Shown here one piece after another: positions 1-13,160 of a stretch of 64,000 nt of DNA (positions are counted from its first letter, which is position 1; every line of letters starts with the position of its first letter). The position numbers and the translations under genes are program-made. Source of the stretch: Cenococcum geophilum (lineage: Eukaryota); the NCBI GenBank assembly GCA_050273025.1, contig CP158636.1, forward strand, positions 10,044,001-10,108,000, given 5' to 3'. Below the pieces are notes generated by a model that was not told the DNA's origin, made no database searches, and saw only the letters and a list, made by a program, of their open reading frames with translations.

Positions 1-3000
1 TCTCCTTTATAGTACTAAGCTTAACTAAATACTTATAGAGGGAATATAAGTTAGTGCATACGATTATAGGAATAGCGGGAAGTTTAAGCCGATCTGTAAT
101 TATCTTAAGGGTAGTTCTAATTATAATTGCTATATTAACTCCGCTAACTATTCTATATATCTCTAATGCTAGAACGCTTTAAGTAATATACTTACTCTTA
201 GTTAAGCTCTAATAGATAAGATTACTATAGATTATAAAGTTATTCTCTTCGGTAGATTTGTTTGTAATAATAATTTTATATTCTAGCTAGAAGCTAAAAT
301 CTTTATTATTTATAAACGACCTATTAATAAATACAAAGAGCTTAGCGGCGGGAAGATTAATAGACATATAGAGTAGTCCCCAATTAAGATAGGTTATTTG
401 CCAGGAAAGGCGCTTATTTAGGGCAAGGACGTCCTCCTTAGTTAGTTCCTAGTATTAAGCGGCAATAAAGAGATTAAAGGAAGCCTTAGGCTAATAGATA
501 GAAGTAATATAAGCTCTATAAGCGCGTTACTCTACATATCCTTACTTTAGGGAATTAATATTAATAACATCAATCTTCTTGCCTTAACCCTTCTAGCGTA
601 AAGCAATAGAGTCCTTATTTAGGGAAAGGATACATCCATTAAAGAGCAATGGCGTTATTATATTAAGTCTTTCCTTTAGCTTTACTATAAGATTTGCCTT
701 TACTAGCTTATCTTCCTTAAGAGCTAAGAATTAATTGTCTTCTAAAATAATTATATCGTCGGTTTATATACCAATAATTCCAAATAGAGTTCCTATAGTT
801 ATAATAAGGAAGTAGGGATTAAATATAAAGGTAGTTATTAGAAGCTTCTCTTTATGGTGCTTGCTATAGGTAGCCTACTAATAAGTTCCTACCTCTGCAA
901 TTCTATATAGTGGCTTAAGCACAACCATAATTATATCTTTAGGATATTGGTGGCGAATTTACTCTAGAAGATATGCCAGTATTAAGCGCTAAAGGCGCGT
1001 CTCTAATTGGGTATAGGCCTAAGTAATATCTCGCAAATAAACTGCTATTCCGTTCTTTATTAAGGAGGAAGCTAGTGCAATAATAACTCGCTAACTAGCT
1101 CGTTAAATCATAGGGGATTACGTAAGAATCGTCTCCTTACCGTTATTATTATAGCCTTAGATAATAAGCCTTAATTTCTTAAATAGGGCATTAGTAGCCT
1201 TACCCTTAATCTCGTTAACTATTCTTAACTTAAAGATACAAATTCTATCGAACTTAGTAGGGTCATACTTCTTAAATTTAAAGACTCCTCTTATAATAAG
1301 ACTGTCGATTTCCTGCTTATTAGATACTTAGAAAGGAGCTTTTAGAGTTATAATACGACCTTCCTTTTAGAGCTGTTTTGCGAGCTTAAAGTTAGCCTTC
1401 TCTTTAGCTATTATAAAGGCCATTAATAACTCAACTTTACTCTCTATAGCAGCAATAAATTGCTCTTCAAAATTAATAAGATGTTGGCGATTTCGTGATC
1501 CCTTTGGGCGACCTCTACCGCGTCGTGGTTGCGGCACGTCTACTACAATTGTATTAGGATCACAGTCGCCTTCTAGGGCACGTTAATTGTGGTTCTTCTC
1601 TAGGGCATCTTTTAGGGCATCTTCTAGGGTATCCTGCAAAGGCTCGGAACTGTTATCTTTATAGTAGGGCCTAATAACGGTTAAACGGAATTAAGTAGGT
1701 CTATAGGGCATCTAAAGAGTATAAGTTTAACTATTAATTATAATGATTTTATATAGGCCTAACTATCCTCCCTTTTTACGCCATACCCGTACTTTAGATT
1801 AGAGTAGTAGATTAAGCATAGTTAAGGTATTTAGGCCATTTCTTATTCCTAGTGCGTTATTAACCTAGCGCGTAGCGTATAGATGTCGTACCTCCTTTAT
1901 TACTTTGCGAATAGCCTCAGCTTATTACACAATAGAAGGAGATAGTAGAGAATTGTTAGTTATTTAAGGGTAGGCGCTAAAGACTAGCAATATAGGTATA
2001 AGCCTATCTAGGCCAGCGGAATTATTAACAGCCTTAATAGCCATCTATAAGATAATTTCTTCACTAGCGTCCTCTAGTTCTAAAGAAATAATCTTATATA
2101 CTTAGCGTAATGGCGTATAGTATTATTCTACTTTTCTAATACTATTATATACCTTAATAGGGACTTTCTTAACCTTAATTACCATTATTTTTACCTATTA
2201 TTAAAACTTTATAGATAAGAAGTTCTTTTCTATATTATAAATAATTTAATTAGGGGGTCTTAGGTAGACATCAATCTAGTATAACTAAAGGGTATCCTAT
2301 ACATTCCTAGCTAATATATCCCTTAAGAAATATATAGCTTAAAAGGAGGTTAATAAGTTAACAGCTTGGAGGACTGGCTTACTATTAAGATATATAACAT
2401 TAATAATAATACAGAAGTTAAAGTTGTAGTTATCTTTAAAGGTAAACTTAAATCGGCTAGGGGACTTCTAGTTTATTTAGCAGTAATAGTAGTACTTTAT
2501 AAGATGCTTAATTACCTTAACCTTAACTTTATAACCTACTTATTAAAGAACCCTAAGTAGTTAGTAAACGGATAGGTAGCTAAAACGATGGTGTAGTTAA
2601 CGTAGCTTTAACTTGGTTAAGTAACTTTAAGCAACGCTCCTTTCTAGTTATTAGAGGAGCAACTAAGGGTAACCCCACTTATATACAACGGGCACCCGAT
2701 TATCTCCCTAAATAAGTATATTCTTAAGGTTATTAAGCTTAACGCCTAATTTATCTATATCTTAGATATAGAATAGAAATGGGGTATTTATAGGAATAAC
2801 GTGGAAGGTAATATATCCTAATAGGGTTTAGACCTTAATTATACTAAGAGAGATTATAATACCTTTACTAAAGCGAATTATATATTAGCCTGCCGTTAAT
2901 TAGTTAATTTAAACAGAGCTATTAAGCTGCTAAAGAGCTCGAACTTAAGGTTCTCCTACTATAGATACTCCTATAGCTTTAGTATCTAGCATAATACTAT

Positions 3001-4774
3001 AGAAGACATTTGCCGAGTATCTATTGTTAAAGGAGAACGCGGAACTTTCCTTTAGCTTATTAAAGATATCTAACTTTATAACAGAATGGAATGTAGATTA
3101 GTTATTAAGGATAGCAACGGTTTATATACCATTTACCTTACTATACTTAGTAAAGTATTGGTTAGGAGAGTAGTCCTTAATATCTATATCTATAAGGAGC
3201 TATTCGGCCTTATTAACCTTATCCTTAAGGTCTTCTATACCTTTATATTAGACTAAAAAGCTTTAGAAGTAGGCCGCAGTGGCCTTATAATTTCCGATAT
3301 TTCTTACACTCTATTAGAACTTATTATATGCCTCCTTTCGCTTATTAAAAGAGTGTCTATTTAACTAGCAATTTGGCTTCTTATAAACGTAGTACTTCTT
3401 CTAACGGTTGTTCCGAAATAAACCTCTACAATTGCTTTGTGGTTAACGTTAATTATACCCTCTACTATATCCCCTACTCCGGCCACTATATATTTAATTA
3501 GTCTAGTTATAATCGTATTAGTCTAGAATCCTGGTTTAAATAGGGTTTTTAGTATAGAATTATTAGGGTTTTTATGTTTATATTATAGTGCCTATAGCGG
3601 AGCGTAGTTCGGTATATACTCCTTTAAATATATCTATAGGTTTATATAGCGCTAAGTTGCACTTAGAAACGCTACGGCATGCTAAAATAACCTAGTCCCT
3701 TAAACTATTCTTATTTTAGTAGGTTTCGGTAAGACTATATTAGATTTTCTAGAGTTTATTAAAGAGTAGTTAAAGACACTCTAGGCAAGTTATTGTTGGG
3801 TTAAAAGCGATAACTCTCTAGAATATAGTCTCCCGCTATTTGGATATATAGAGTTAGCAGTTTTTATTAGTTTTAAAGTGGGCTTTAGTAAGCTAAAGTA
3901 TTATATTAAAGCTATAGTTTTTACCTATAATATAGTCGTAATAGAATATTACTACCCGTCCCTTTAATATAATAGAGAAAGCATAATAGAACTAGTGGTA
4001 TTAAATTCTAACTTTATTACAGCAGTTATAAAAGACTTATAGTTTTGCTCCGAGTATATTATATAATTCTCCTTTAAACTTCTTCTCTTCGTCTAAATAT
4101 ACCTTTATTAGATTCGTGACTTCTTAAAATAAAGGCTTATCGGTTAGCTAGGATAGAGGAGTTAAAAATAGTAAAGGTAGAGGAAGAGCACCTCTAGGTA
4201 GGAGAGTACCTTTAGGTAGGAGAGTAGCGTTCTAGGGGTTTTATTCTAAATTAAAGTTGCCTTTTAAAGAATATAGGTTGGTTTTAGGTTTCCATAGTTA
4301 ACGTATAATCTTAGCTTTTGTCTATACTAGTTTTTCTATACTAGTAAGAACGGCGTAAATATTACTAGTAATTAGGTTACTATCCTTAGTAACATACACC
4401 CTATTCCTTTAGAGGAAGTCTTAAAAATCCTAAATAATATTAATATTGCCAAGTGCCTAGGTATCGGCGGTCCATCCTATAAAATTCTCCCTAAAGTATT
4501 CCCATAACTATAAATCGGTATAGTAGCTATCTTAGTAGAATAGAATATAGTATAGGAGAAAGCCGTTAACTTATTTTACGGTATAGGTTATTACATTAAA
4601 GGTAAATACGTCCTAATCTTTATTAATAAGTTTTGCGTATATAGCTACCCTTAGTAGTAAGAAGTCTCTCTAGTTATTCGGAGTGGCTATAGTTATATCT
4701 TCAGAGGAAGGGAATATTAGTAGTATAGGGATTATCATTTAGTACGCGTTTGTGACGTATATTTGCGATTATAG

Positions 4775-4945
4775 GGCTTAGGACTAGTTCTAGCCTTAAA
4801 TCACGAAGACTTATAAAGCATATTGTTCTACGTAATAAACGCAAGAATTTATAATCTGGGGAAGGCTTAGGACCAGTTCTGGCCTTTAGATCCTTAAATT
4901 CGTAGAAGAGTTCTATTTAAGGTTTAGGACCAGTTCTGACCTTAA
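4775..4945. repeat. Three dispersed direct repeats in the Copia leader
   Basis: gg(c/t)ttaggac(c/t)agttct(a/g)(g/a)cctt at ~4775, ~4864 and ~4921. Confidence 0.75.
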
Positions 4946-5049
4946 AAGACAGCTTCCTCTAGCACGAGTAGCACTAGTACAGTAGCTCGTCTCTTTTTAG
5001 TGATACCTAGCTGCTCTATAGTATAATAGTAAAGTTAACTACTGATTAG

Positions 5050-5253
5050 TATTAGACTCACAAGGGGATATCACGTAGCTACGGTTCGTAGATAGTATAA
5101 TATTTATTTATTAATTGTATATTTTCTTCCATTAGGAAAGGCGAAGAGCTTAAGGCTCCTTGCCACGCTAGCGCCGCGGCGACACGTGACGGCAACTTGC
5201 CCTACGTGACGGCAATTTGCCTTATATGGTGGCAATTTGCCCTATTCCCAATA
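5050..5253 (-). repeat. 5' LTR of the GalEa Copia (about 204 bp)
   Basis: Ends TATT..AATA, the RIP form of TGTT..AACA. Abuts the CHS palindrome on one side and Gypsy RT codons (..ENL.KG|) on the other. Contains three ggcaa(c/t)ttgcc repeats. Confidence 0.7.
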
Positions 5254-8200
5254 ATCCCTTTTATAAGTTCTCCTAAACAAACTCTTTTAATACTCTACTT
5301 TCTTCTTTAGTAAGCTTATAGATTGGAAAGAACCTTAGACTTATTCTTAGTTCTAATTCTATTTTATAGTCCTATACTGCATATTTTAACAGCTTTTTAC
5401 TTTCTAGTAACTATAATTTCTTGCCATACTTATGGTATCTCTTTAGTATATAACTTAATCCTTTTTCCATTTCCTTATAGGTTGCTCCTACTTAGTACTA
5501 TACCAACTTAGCTTATTATCGCATTTTACGGTATTAAGTATCTTTAATATTAACCTAACCTGTAACCTAATTAATCTTTAAATTATATTTCTATAACTAA
5601 GGCATTCTTAATACTACCTTATTATTCCCTAATGGTAATATATTAAAAGACATCTCAATTTATCTCCCTTTAATGGTTAACTAAATAGGTCCTGTTTTAA
5701 AATTAATAATTCTTCCTTCGTAGGCTATTAGATCTCCTAAAATTGTTACTAATAGGTAAGGGTGCTCCTTTTGTCTGTAAGGTAATCCTATTCTTTTAAC
5801 TGCTGCTAGTAAGATATAGTTTCCTATTACTTTACTATCTATTAGTGCTTTAAACTGTTAATCTTACTACTTAGCTTATAAATTTAGGTATTATTTTTAA
5901 ATTCCTTTAAGGGTCTAAGGCTCTACTACTAGTTCCCTCTAGTTCTATAGGCCTCTACTTTTCCTAACTATTAGCTGCTTAATCCTATTTATACTTAGTT
6001 TATTTTTAGCTAATACTTAGTTCGCTTTTTGTCTTTAATATACTATAGACATATATTCTCTAGGCATTCCCACTACTATTATCCGTCTAGGTATTCTTCT
6101 ATAAGGAATCTTCCTAGCTAAAGTATTAAGTCCCCTTATTCTTAAACTTCCGTTAAGTACTAACTATATATATACCTAGCGTTTTAATATTTTGCCTTAT
6201 CTGGTACCTAATATATCCTTACTAAGTACTTCTAGTTCTTATTTTTGGGTGCTCTATATATATTATACGTATTATCTATATATACAATCTATACTAATAT
6301 ATAGTATGCTTAGTGTCTTAGGTTAACTCTTAGCTTATCTTTATCCTTAAGTTTAAACCTTTCTTATATTAATCTAAGCGTTACGACTTTATTTACAGGT
6401 ACTAAGATTTACCTCTCACTTCTTTAGTCCTCTAATTACTCCTCTAGATCTTTTAACGTTATAATTAAGGCTCCTTTAATATAACTTATAGCCTTTTCCG
6501 TAATTAGGTGGTTTTAGATAACTTTTTTTATCTAACTATATATAGAAATCTTTTTACTTATTATTGCGCCTTTACCTATACTACTTTTAGTATAGCTACT
6601 AGAGTATATACAGCTTGTTTATAAGGAAGTATCTTTTTATTACTATATTATAACAGCCCTTTATATATCGTTCCTTAAACCTAGTTAAAATCCCTAAATC
6701 CTCTTTATTTTCTAATTCGGTAAGCTACTTAGCTTTTAATATGCCTACTTTAGGCCTATTAGTAATTCTTTATACCGGTACTCTATCTCTTATATAACCT
6801 AACGTACTAGATCTCTTATTTGGTTTCTAATCTCGCTATAAGGTAATTCTTGCTCTAAATTCCTCTATAGTTTCTTTCTTTTTATATCTTATAAGTAGAT
6901 CTCTAAAGTCTTCTTACTTCTTAATCTTGGTATTAACTTTCTAATCTTTAGGCCAAACACTGCGTTTTTTTAGTAAATCCTCTGGGTCTATATATCTGTC
7001 TCCTAGTCTAACTGCTATTTATATTACAGATTCTCTAATTTATAAAGAAGCTCCTCGCCTCTTACTTATAGGTGTCCTTATTTATTCTCCGAATTCTTAG
7101 TCCCTTAAATTCTTTAATTTTAAGCTTGCTTTTAACTTAAGCTTAGCTCCTGCCTTAGTCTAACTAGGCTTAGGTGTTCTTATCTCGCCTTAAGAGTCTC
7201 AAATCTTACTTATCTTATTTTAAGAATCTTATACCTATAGGAAACTCTATCTTAAGCTTATTTATATATCTTTAAACTAAGCTACTACTCTACTTTATCG
7301 GTTTCTGTTTATTATAGGTCCTTAAGCTTACCTTATCTTGTCTTAAGAATCTTAGTTATCTCTTATCTTATTTTAAGAATCTTAAGCCTTTAGCCTTTTG
7401 CCTTTATTAAGTGGTAAGCTAGCACTAGTAGTTGTCTACTTGCTTAATTCCTTTTAGATATTACTTCTTCCGTCTTATAAAGTAATAGATGCCGTATCTA
7501 ATAGTGTTATAATTCCCGTTACTAAACCTTGCTTTATAGCGGTCTTAGTCTCTACTTCTAATATAACTTCTTTAAGGTTTACACGCTTCTAGTAAGCTGC
7601 CTTTATTACCTTATTGTCTGTAAATGTTTTACCTATATTAAACTTATCGTCCTTAATGTCCGATCTGTATAATAGTTTATTAGTTCCCTTATATTCTAAG
7701 GATTTTAGCTCCTATAGCCAATAGCTTACGCTATACTTAGCATCTTTATAAATTTAGTATGCGTTGTTATAACAAAACGCAAAACTTCTAATTAAACATT
7801 CTTTTATTTCTTGTAGTATACTATTATCCCTCTATACGTGTATATCTTCTGCTATTAGTTTAGTTCCCTTTATTATATAGTAATTTTAACTATCTTTATA
7901 ATCCCTTACAAAGTAACCCTATTTCCTATAATTTATATAAGCTCTATTTCTAAACTACTAACTTTGCTATAAAGTCTGCCTAAATATCTTCTGCTATTAA
8001 GATCCCTAGTTTAGCCTCTGCTTCTTAGTCCTATAATTACTAAATCCTTAACCTCTAGGTTTCTATAGTTTCTTACTCTATCTCTTATAGGCTTTTTTAG
8101 TACTACTTAGGTCTATTAGCTCTACGCTATACTATATTTTCTAACTTAGCTTTAGTTGTTGCGTACTCTGCGCCTTATATAACTATAAAACTCTATCCTA

Positions 8201-9355
8201 ACCTTTCTTAGTCTATTCTCTTTGGTAGATCCAATTATTAATCTTAATCGCTTAATCTATTAATTCCCGTAGGGTATCCGCATCTTCTATTAGAATAATT
8301 ACGTCCTAGACTTTAGCCTTAAGTCCCTACTTATACTGTACTATAAGCGCCCTATTATTCTACTTAACTTATATCGCTAGCGTCTAGAATTACGTTATAT
8401 ACTTAATTGCTAAAGTTTATTACGTAATATTCTAGAGTTTTCTTTTCGCCATAGTTGCTACCTTTAGGTCTCTAAATATTTATATAAGTTACTCTATAAA
8501 CCCTTTCTAGCTTAAGAATATAAACCGCACCTCCTAATTAGTAGTTGTTATTCCATTTACTTATATTTCCGTAAGGTAAGGTTTAAACTATTTAAGTGCT
8601 CTTCCTAATAGAAATAGTCCTGCATAGGCTATTCAATTAACTTTAAAGTATATTTATATAAGGAATCCTTTCAGCTTTAATTTTTCTCCTAAGTACCTTT
8701 TAATTAATAGTAACTTAATCTTTACTGCTCCTATTCTATTAACCCTTTCTTTTAGCGCCGCATTATTTATTATTAACTGGTTAACTATTTCTTATAACTA
8801 TCCAACCGTTATAGGTTGCTATAAGTTAGTATCTACTATACTGGTATTACCTAACCTTAAAGTAGTTACCGCCGTTAATAGCGTTATAGTGGCTGCTTTT
8901 AGTGGCATGTTATTTAACTTCTATATTTAATACCGTAACTAAGTAGTAATTGTGTAACGGAACCTTATAGTAAGAACCACAATAGGCTCGTTAATAGGCT
9001 AGGTATATAGGTAATACAAATTAAGTTAACAACATAATAATAACTGGTGGAGTAGTTGCCTAATAGATTAACTTTAATTATATTTTAAGAATTACTATAA
9101 GGAAGGAACTATCTAGGTAGGGACTAAGGGTCCTTAAATATACAACCGTACTCCTATAAAATCCTTCTTATACATAATATATATACTCTATTTACTCTAT
9201 TACGGATTATATAGATTACGTCACGTGACCTTAGTTACCATTCCTCGTTATATAGCTCTATTGGCTCTATCCTAGACCGTACTTTAATTAACTAACTAGC
9301 TTCTTTTAACTCTTCTCCAAGTAGTCGTAATATCGTACTTAAAGCGTCCGTAACA
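5254..9355 (-). mobile_element. Ty3/Gypsy LTR retrotransposon, 5' half (LTR, gag, long spacer, protease, start of RT), RIP-inactivated
   Basis: LTR 8953-9355 (tgtaacgg...ccgtaaca). Minus-strand retrotransposon-gag signature (~8230-8450, de-RIP ALMAQYKRGLKAKVQD..IKIDNRIY), CCHC knuckle ~7900-7940, protease KALIDSK(G)V(A)IGNYI ~5815-5852 and RT N-terminus YKLTKEESRVLKEFV.ENL.KG, cut at 5254. Confidence 0.85.
8953..9355 (-). repeat. Gypsy 5' LTR (403 bp)
   Basis: TG...CA termini with 8-bp imperfect inverted ends, directly upstream of gag on the minus strand. Confidence 0.8.
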
Positions 9356-9744
9356 TTTAGTAAGGATCCAATTAATTAGATAACTTTAACTAATAGTTAA
9401 AGTTTCTAAATATTTAGAGTATTACAATATTAGCAGAAAACGGTAGAACCTAGTAGAATTTAGTAGAATTTAATAGATAGCTATCCCTTAACCCATTAAT
9501 TCGAGCATATAGCTCGGCCAGTGTTGCTAAAAGCTCCGTTAGTGCCCGCCAAGGCACTAAAACCTCGGCTAGTGTTGATATTTTGACTCCGATACAGCTT
9601 CACTTGGTACACAATTGAATTCTTATTACATTACGTTTAGAGTTAATAACGCAATTATATTTCGATTATAACGTCATTACAGCCGTTTGCAAGCTTTAAT
9701 TAAATACTTCCTACCATCCAATACGATTTTGAAAGAGCTCAGTA

Positions 9745-11825
9745 ATGATATGGATGAGGTAAGTTTTGGGAGGTTATGTTAAGGTTATATTAAGGTTTTA
9801 TTAAGGATCTAATATAGCTATAGAGCCTAGAGAACCAGCAATCTAGAGTAGGAGAGGTATTTATTAATATTCTATCCCTATTATTATTATGATCTAACCT
9901 AACTATATTAGTTGCCGCCGAATCCCTTTTAGCCTCTAGAGAACGACTGCGATAACTCCTATATAAGCAGCGCAGGTATATATTTAGTTTATATCTATAA
10001 TCTAATATAAAATAGACACTACTTAATAGTCTAAATACGCAATTTTGTAATGAGGTAAAGTAACTTTTAGTAGTTATAAGAAGGATCTAATTAGGATATA
10101 GACCGAGAATTTTTTATAAAATGGGAAGGTAAATGCTTTTACTAGGATAGAGGTTATAAAAGATATAAGTTATATTTTAGACAAAACCACGTTATATCTA
10201 TAATCTAACCTTAATAGATTATTAACAAAGTCCTTAGTAGCCCTAGCGACTCTATATAAGATCCGGACGCCACTATAATAGCTATATATGGCACTCCGGC
10301 GAATATAGTAGCAGCTTTTAGGCTATATTTTAATCCAGACTTAGATAGTAGTAAGGGCGAGGGTTCTGGCACTTATAATGCTGCTCTTTAGCTAAATACT
10401 ATAAAGAGGCGCATTTCTGGTGCCCCCGCTTAATATACTAAGGCATAGTACCTTAGACTTAATAAGCGCCTAGAGTGGATTCCGTTCTTTTATATTAAGG
10501 TAATATCTAGTATATATCTAGCTTATATCTAAGATGTAACCTAAATATAGCCCCGCGGCGAACATTTCCTCGTCTATATTCTGCTAGAGGAGATTTTCTA
10601 TAAATGGGATTATGCTATTAGGAAGACTGTAAGTTATAAGTGCTATATATCTTTGTTATATCCTAGATTTAACTATAATAGGATCTAAATGCCAAGTATA
10701 CTGTTTGCGCTTAGGAAAAAAAATTCGCAAATGGTTGTGGAGGATTAATTAAGCATATTAAGTTGTATTTTCTAGTAAAATCCTAGATATGTCTACGTTA
10801 TAACCTCCTTCTAACCTTAAAATAAAGAAAGGTAGAGGCTATATAATTAGGAGTATAAAGCCTGGAGGTTAAAAAGAACTGGAATTGGATAATTTAGATA
10901 GTATGTTTATCTATATATCTATATTATATCCTAAATCTAACTTATCTTAGCGGTTTAGAAAATACTTTATAGAGCTATTTATACGAAGAAGGAACTGCAG
11001 GTTATATGCCCTATTAGTAAAGTAGTAAGAAAGGCTGGAATATATTATAATGGTTTAAACTAATATTCTTCTATCTAGGATATATTACTAATATATTTTA
11101 GCCCCCCTAACTAAAAATATACCCTTAATAGCTAAAGGTTATAAAAAACGTAAAGTAACTTCAGTAGATCTAGGTATGTTATTATTTATAATCTTATTAT
11201 ATTATAGATCTAACCGGATTATATAGAGGAGCTAGTTAAGTAGATATATATTATATTCCGTTTTAGAATTCTATTGACCTCTAAGGGCAAGGTAAGTTTA
11301 GGCAGTTATAATTACTATATAACCATAATCTAACTTTAATATAGCCTAATCGCGTCGCGATATTTAAGGTTATTAGCAAGCCTAAGAATTAGAAATATTC
11401 TTTATATAGGACCAGTGGTAAGAGTAAGTTTATTAGTTATATTTCTGTTATATCTTAGATCTAACGCAAATAGCATGCTTATTTAACTGGGGTACGTGTA
11501 TCTAGTTTAATAAGGTATGCTTATAGTTTTTAATTATATTACTAATATATCTATAATCTAATTATAAATAGAACTTTGTTTTACCTAATATAACGCTACC
11601 AGAGGTTACAGATGACTTTAATAATGGGGAGTTGTTTAATGCTAAGGAGGACTACGCTATATAGGTTAAATAGGTTAAGGCGTTTATATATCTCAGATAC
11701 ATGCTGGTTATATCCTAGTTATATTATAGATACTATAAAGTATTATACGTGGGCTATAGAACATTACGCGGAGCATAGGTATAGCGTGGAGAATTTGGGT
11801 TAGGCTTTCTTTCGGATATTATAAT
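9745..11825 (+). pseudogene. Second, intron-rich gene of the MULE; unknown function; RIP-inactivated (ends approximate)
   Basis: Regular GT..(A)TCTAAY..AG introns (branch motifs at ~9807, 9891, 9999, 10084, 10202, 10682, 10935, 11207, 11327, 11458, 11556) separate short GC-richer exons such as GEHFLVYILLEEIFYKWDYAIRKT (~10558-10628). Confidence 0.6.
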
Positions 11826-12892
11826 ATTACTCTATCTAGGTAATTACCTTAATATAACCTTTGCCCTTTATGCTTATAAATATAAAAATTTATATTAACT
11901 AAGTTCTTATTCTAATTTTCTAAGCTCTAATTCCATCTTCCAATTTTATAGTTTAATTACTTTTACTTTAGCTTCTATACGTAGAACCCGGGCTTCTTGC
12001 TTACGAATATTTAATTGGGATTACTATAGCGTTAACTATTATAAGAATTAAGCTTGTTAAGTAATAGTTATACGAAGTAAGGACTATAAGCTACTCTTAT
12101 GTCCTAGATATAGTTAGCTTATAAGCTAGATATATTAAGGATATATCTAGATAATCCTACCTAATAGTAAAATAGGCCTAGAAGAGAGCGAAACCTGCCT
12201 ATCATTTAATGTTATAATAGAGGATACTAAAAAATATTAGCTTTATAGAATTTAGTAAGATCTAGAATATAATATACCGGAGCGAATAGAGGCAAGAGAT
12301 TATAAGCGAGATTTTAATCGTACGCCTCGCAAACTTTATAATTGCGACTATGGGCGTATACTAGTTCTGGAAGATGATATATCTAATATAATATTATTAA
12401 AATTAAAATCTTTATCCTCTTTAATACTTATAAATATAGCATTAGCTTTTCCTTTGCTAGTACGGGCCTGTTTTCTTGATTTTTCTAGCTCTTTTAAAAC
12501 TTATAGAACTATGGCAGATTATATTAGCGATATATCTATATTAAAGCCATAATAAATCCATATATTTACGCTTCTTTGCCAGAGCCATTCTTTCGGCGAT
12601 AGATATAGTTTGCGATGTATATGAAATCCCATGCTAATAATACGCCTTCCACGCTTTAAAATTAAAAACATTAATTCTTTGTCCACTATAATTATTATTA
12701 TAATACTATATTACGGATATATAAGATATACTAATATTAAAATAGCAGCTAAAAGGCTTAATTAACGCCTAAGATTATTTACTCGAAAATGGGAGTATTT
12801 AACGGCGTTTATATTCTTTATAATTGTAAAGAATATATTGCTGTCCATTTTACTATAATGTGGATTTATTCTAGATGTAATATATATATATC

Positions 12893-13160
12893 TGTATAAT
12901 TACAGCACCTGTTGTACTAAACGCGTGCTTACGCGTTCGGTACACCAGGTACACGTTTACGCGTTCAGTGCACCAACCACTCGCTTACGCGTCTGGTGTA
13001 CTTATAAAGCACTAACTAATCAGGGGGGAGGTGCATCAGTATATAGACCACGTAGTCTGCTTTATATAATCGACAGTCACCATCTAAATAAGTATATAAT
13101 ACTACATGTATTTCGTGCCCGTGGATACGACTTACTTATGCTATTAAGTTAGTACAAATA
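12893..13160 (+). repeat. 5' LTR
   Basis: Colinear with 19053-19320; about 23 differences by manual count, all C/T or G/A transitions. Confidence 0.95.

Larger units (their letters stand above)
1..5253 (-). mobile_element. GalEa-type Ty1/Copia LTR retrotransposon, RIP-inactivated; runs off the left edge of the window; inserted into the Gypsy element
   Basis: Minus strand reads degenerate protease (IMLDTKAIGVSIVGEP ~2950-3005, de-RIP DTGA.GVSTAG), integrase and RT motifs (RLIIQAYN..GK..ILT.SP.I.RAS.R ~1090-1175; LRDIT.AY.Q ~1010-1040). 5' LTR at 5050-5253, with the palindrome ACTGAT(C>T)AGT at 5041-5050 in place of a tRNA PBS. Many TAA/TAG stops. Confidence 0.88.
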
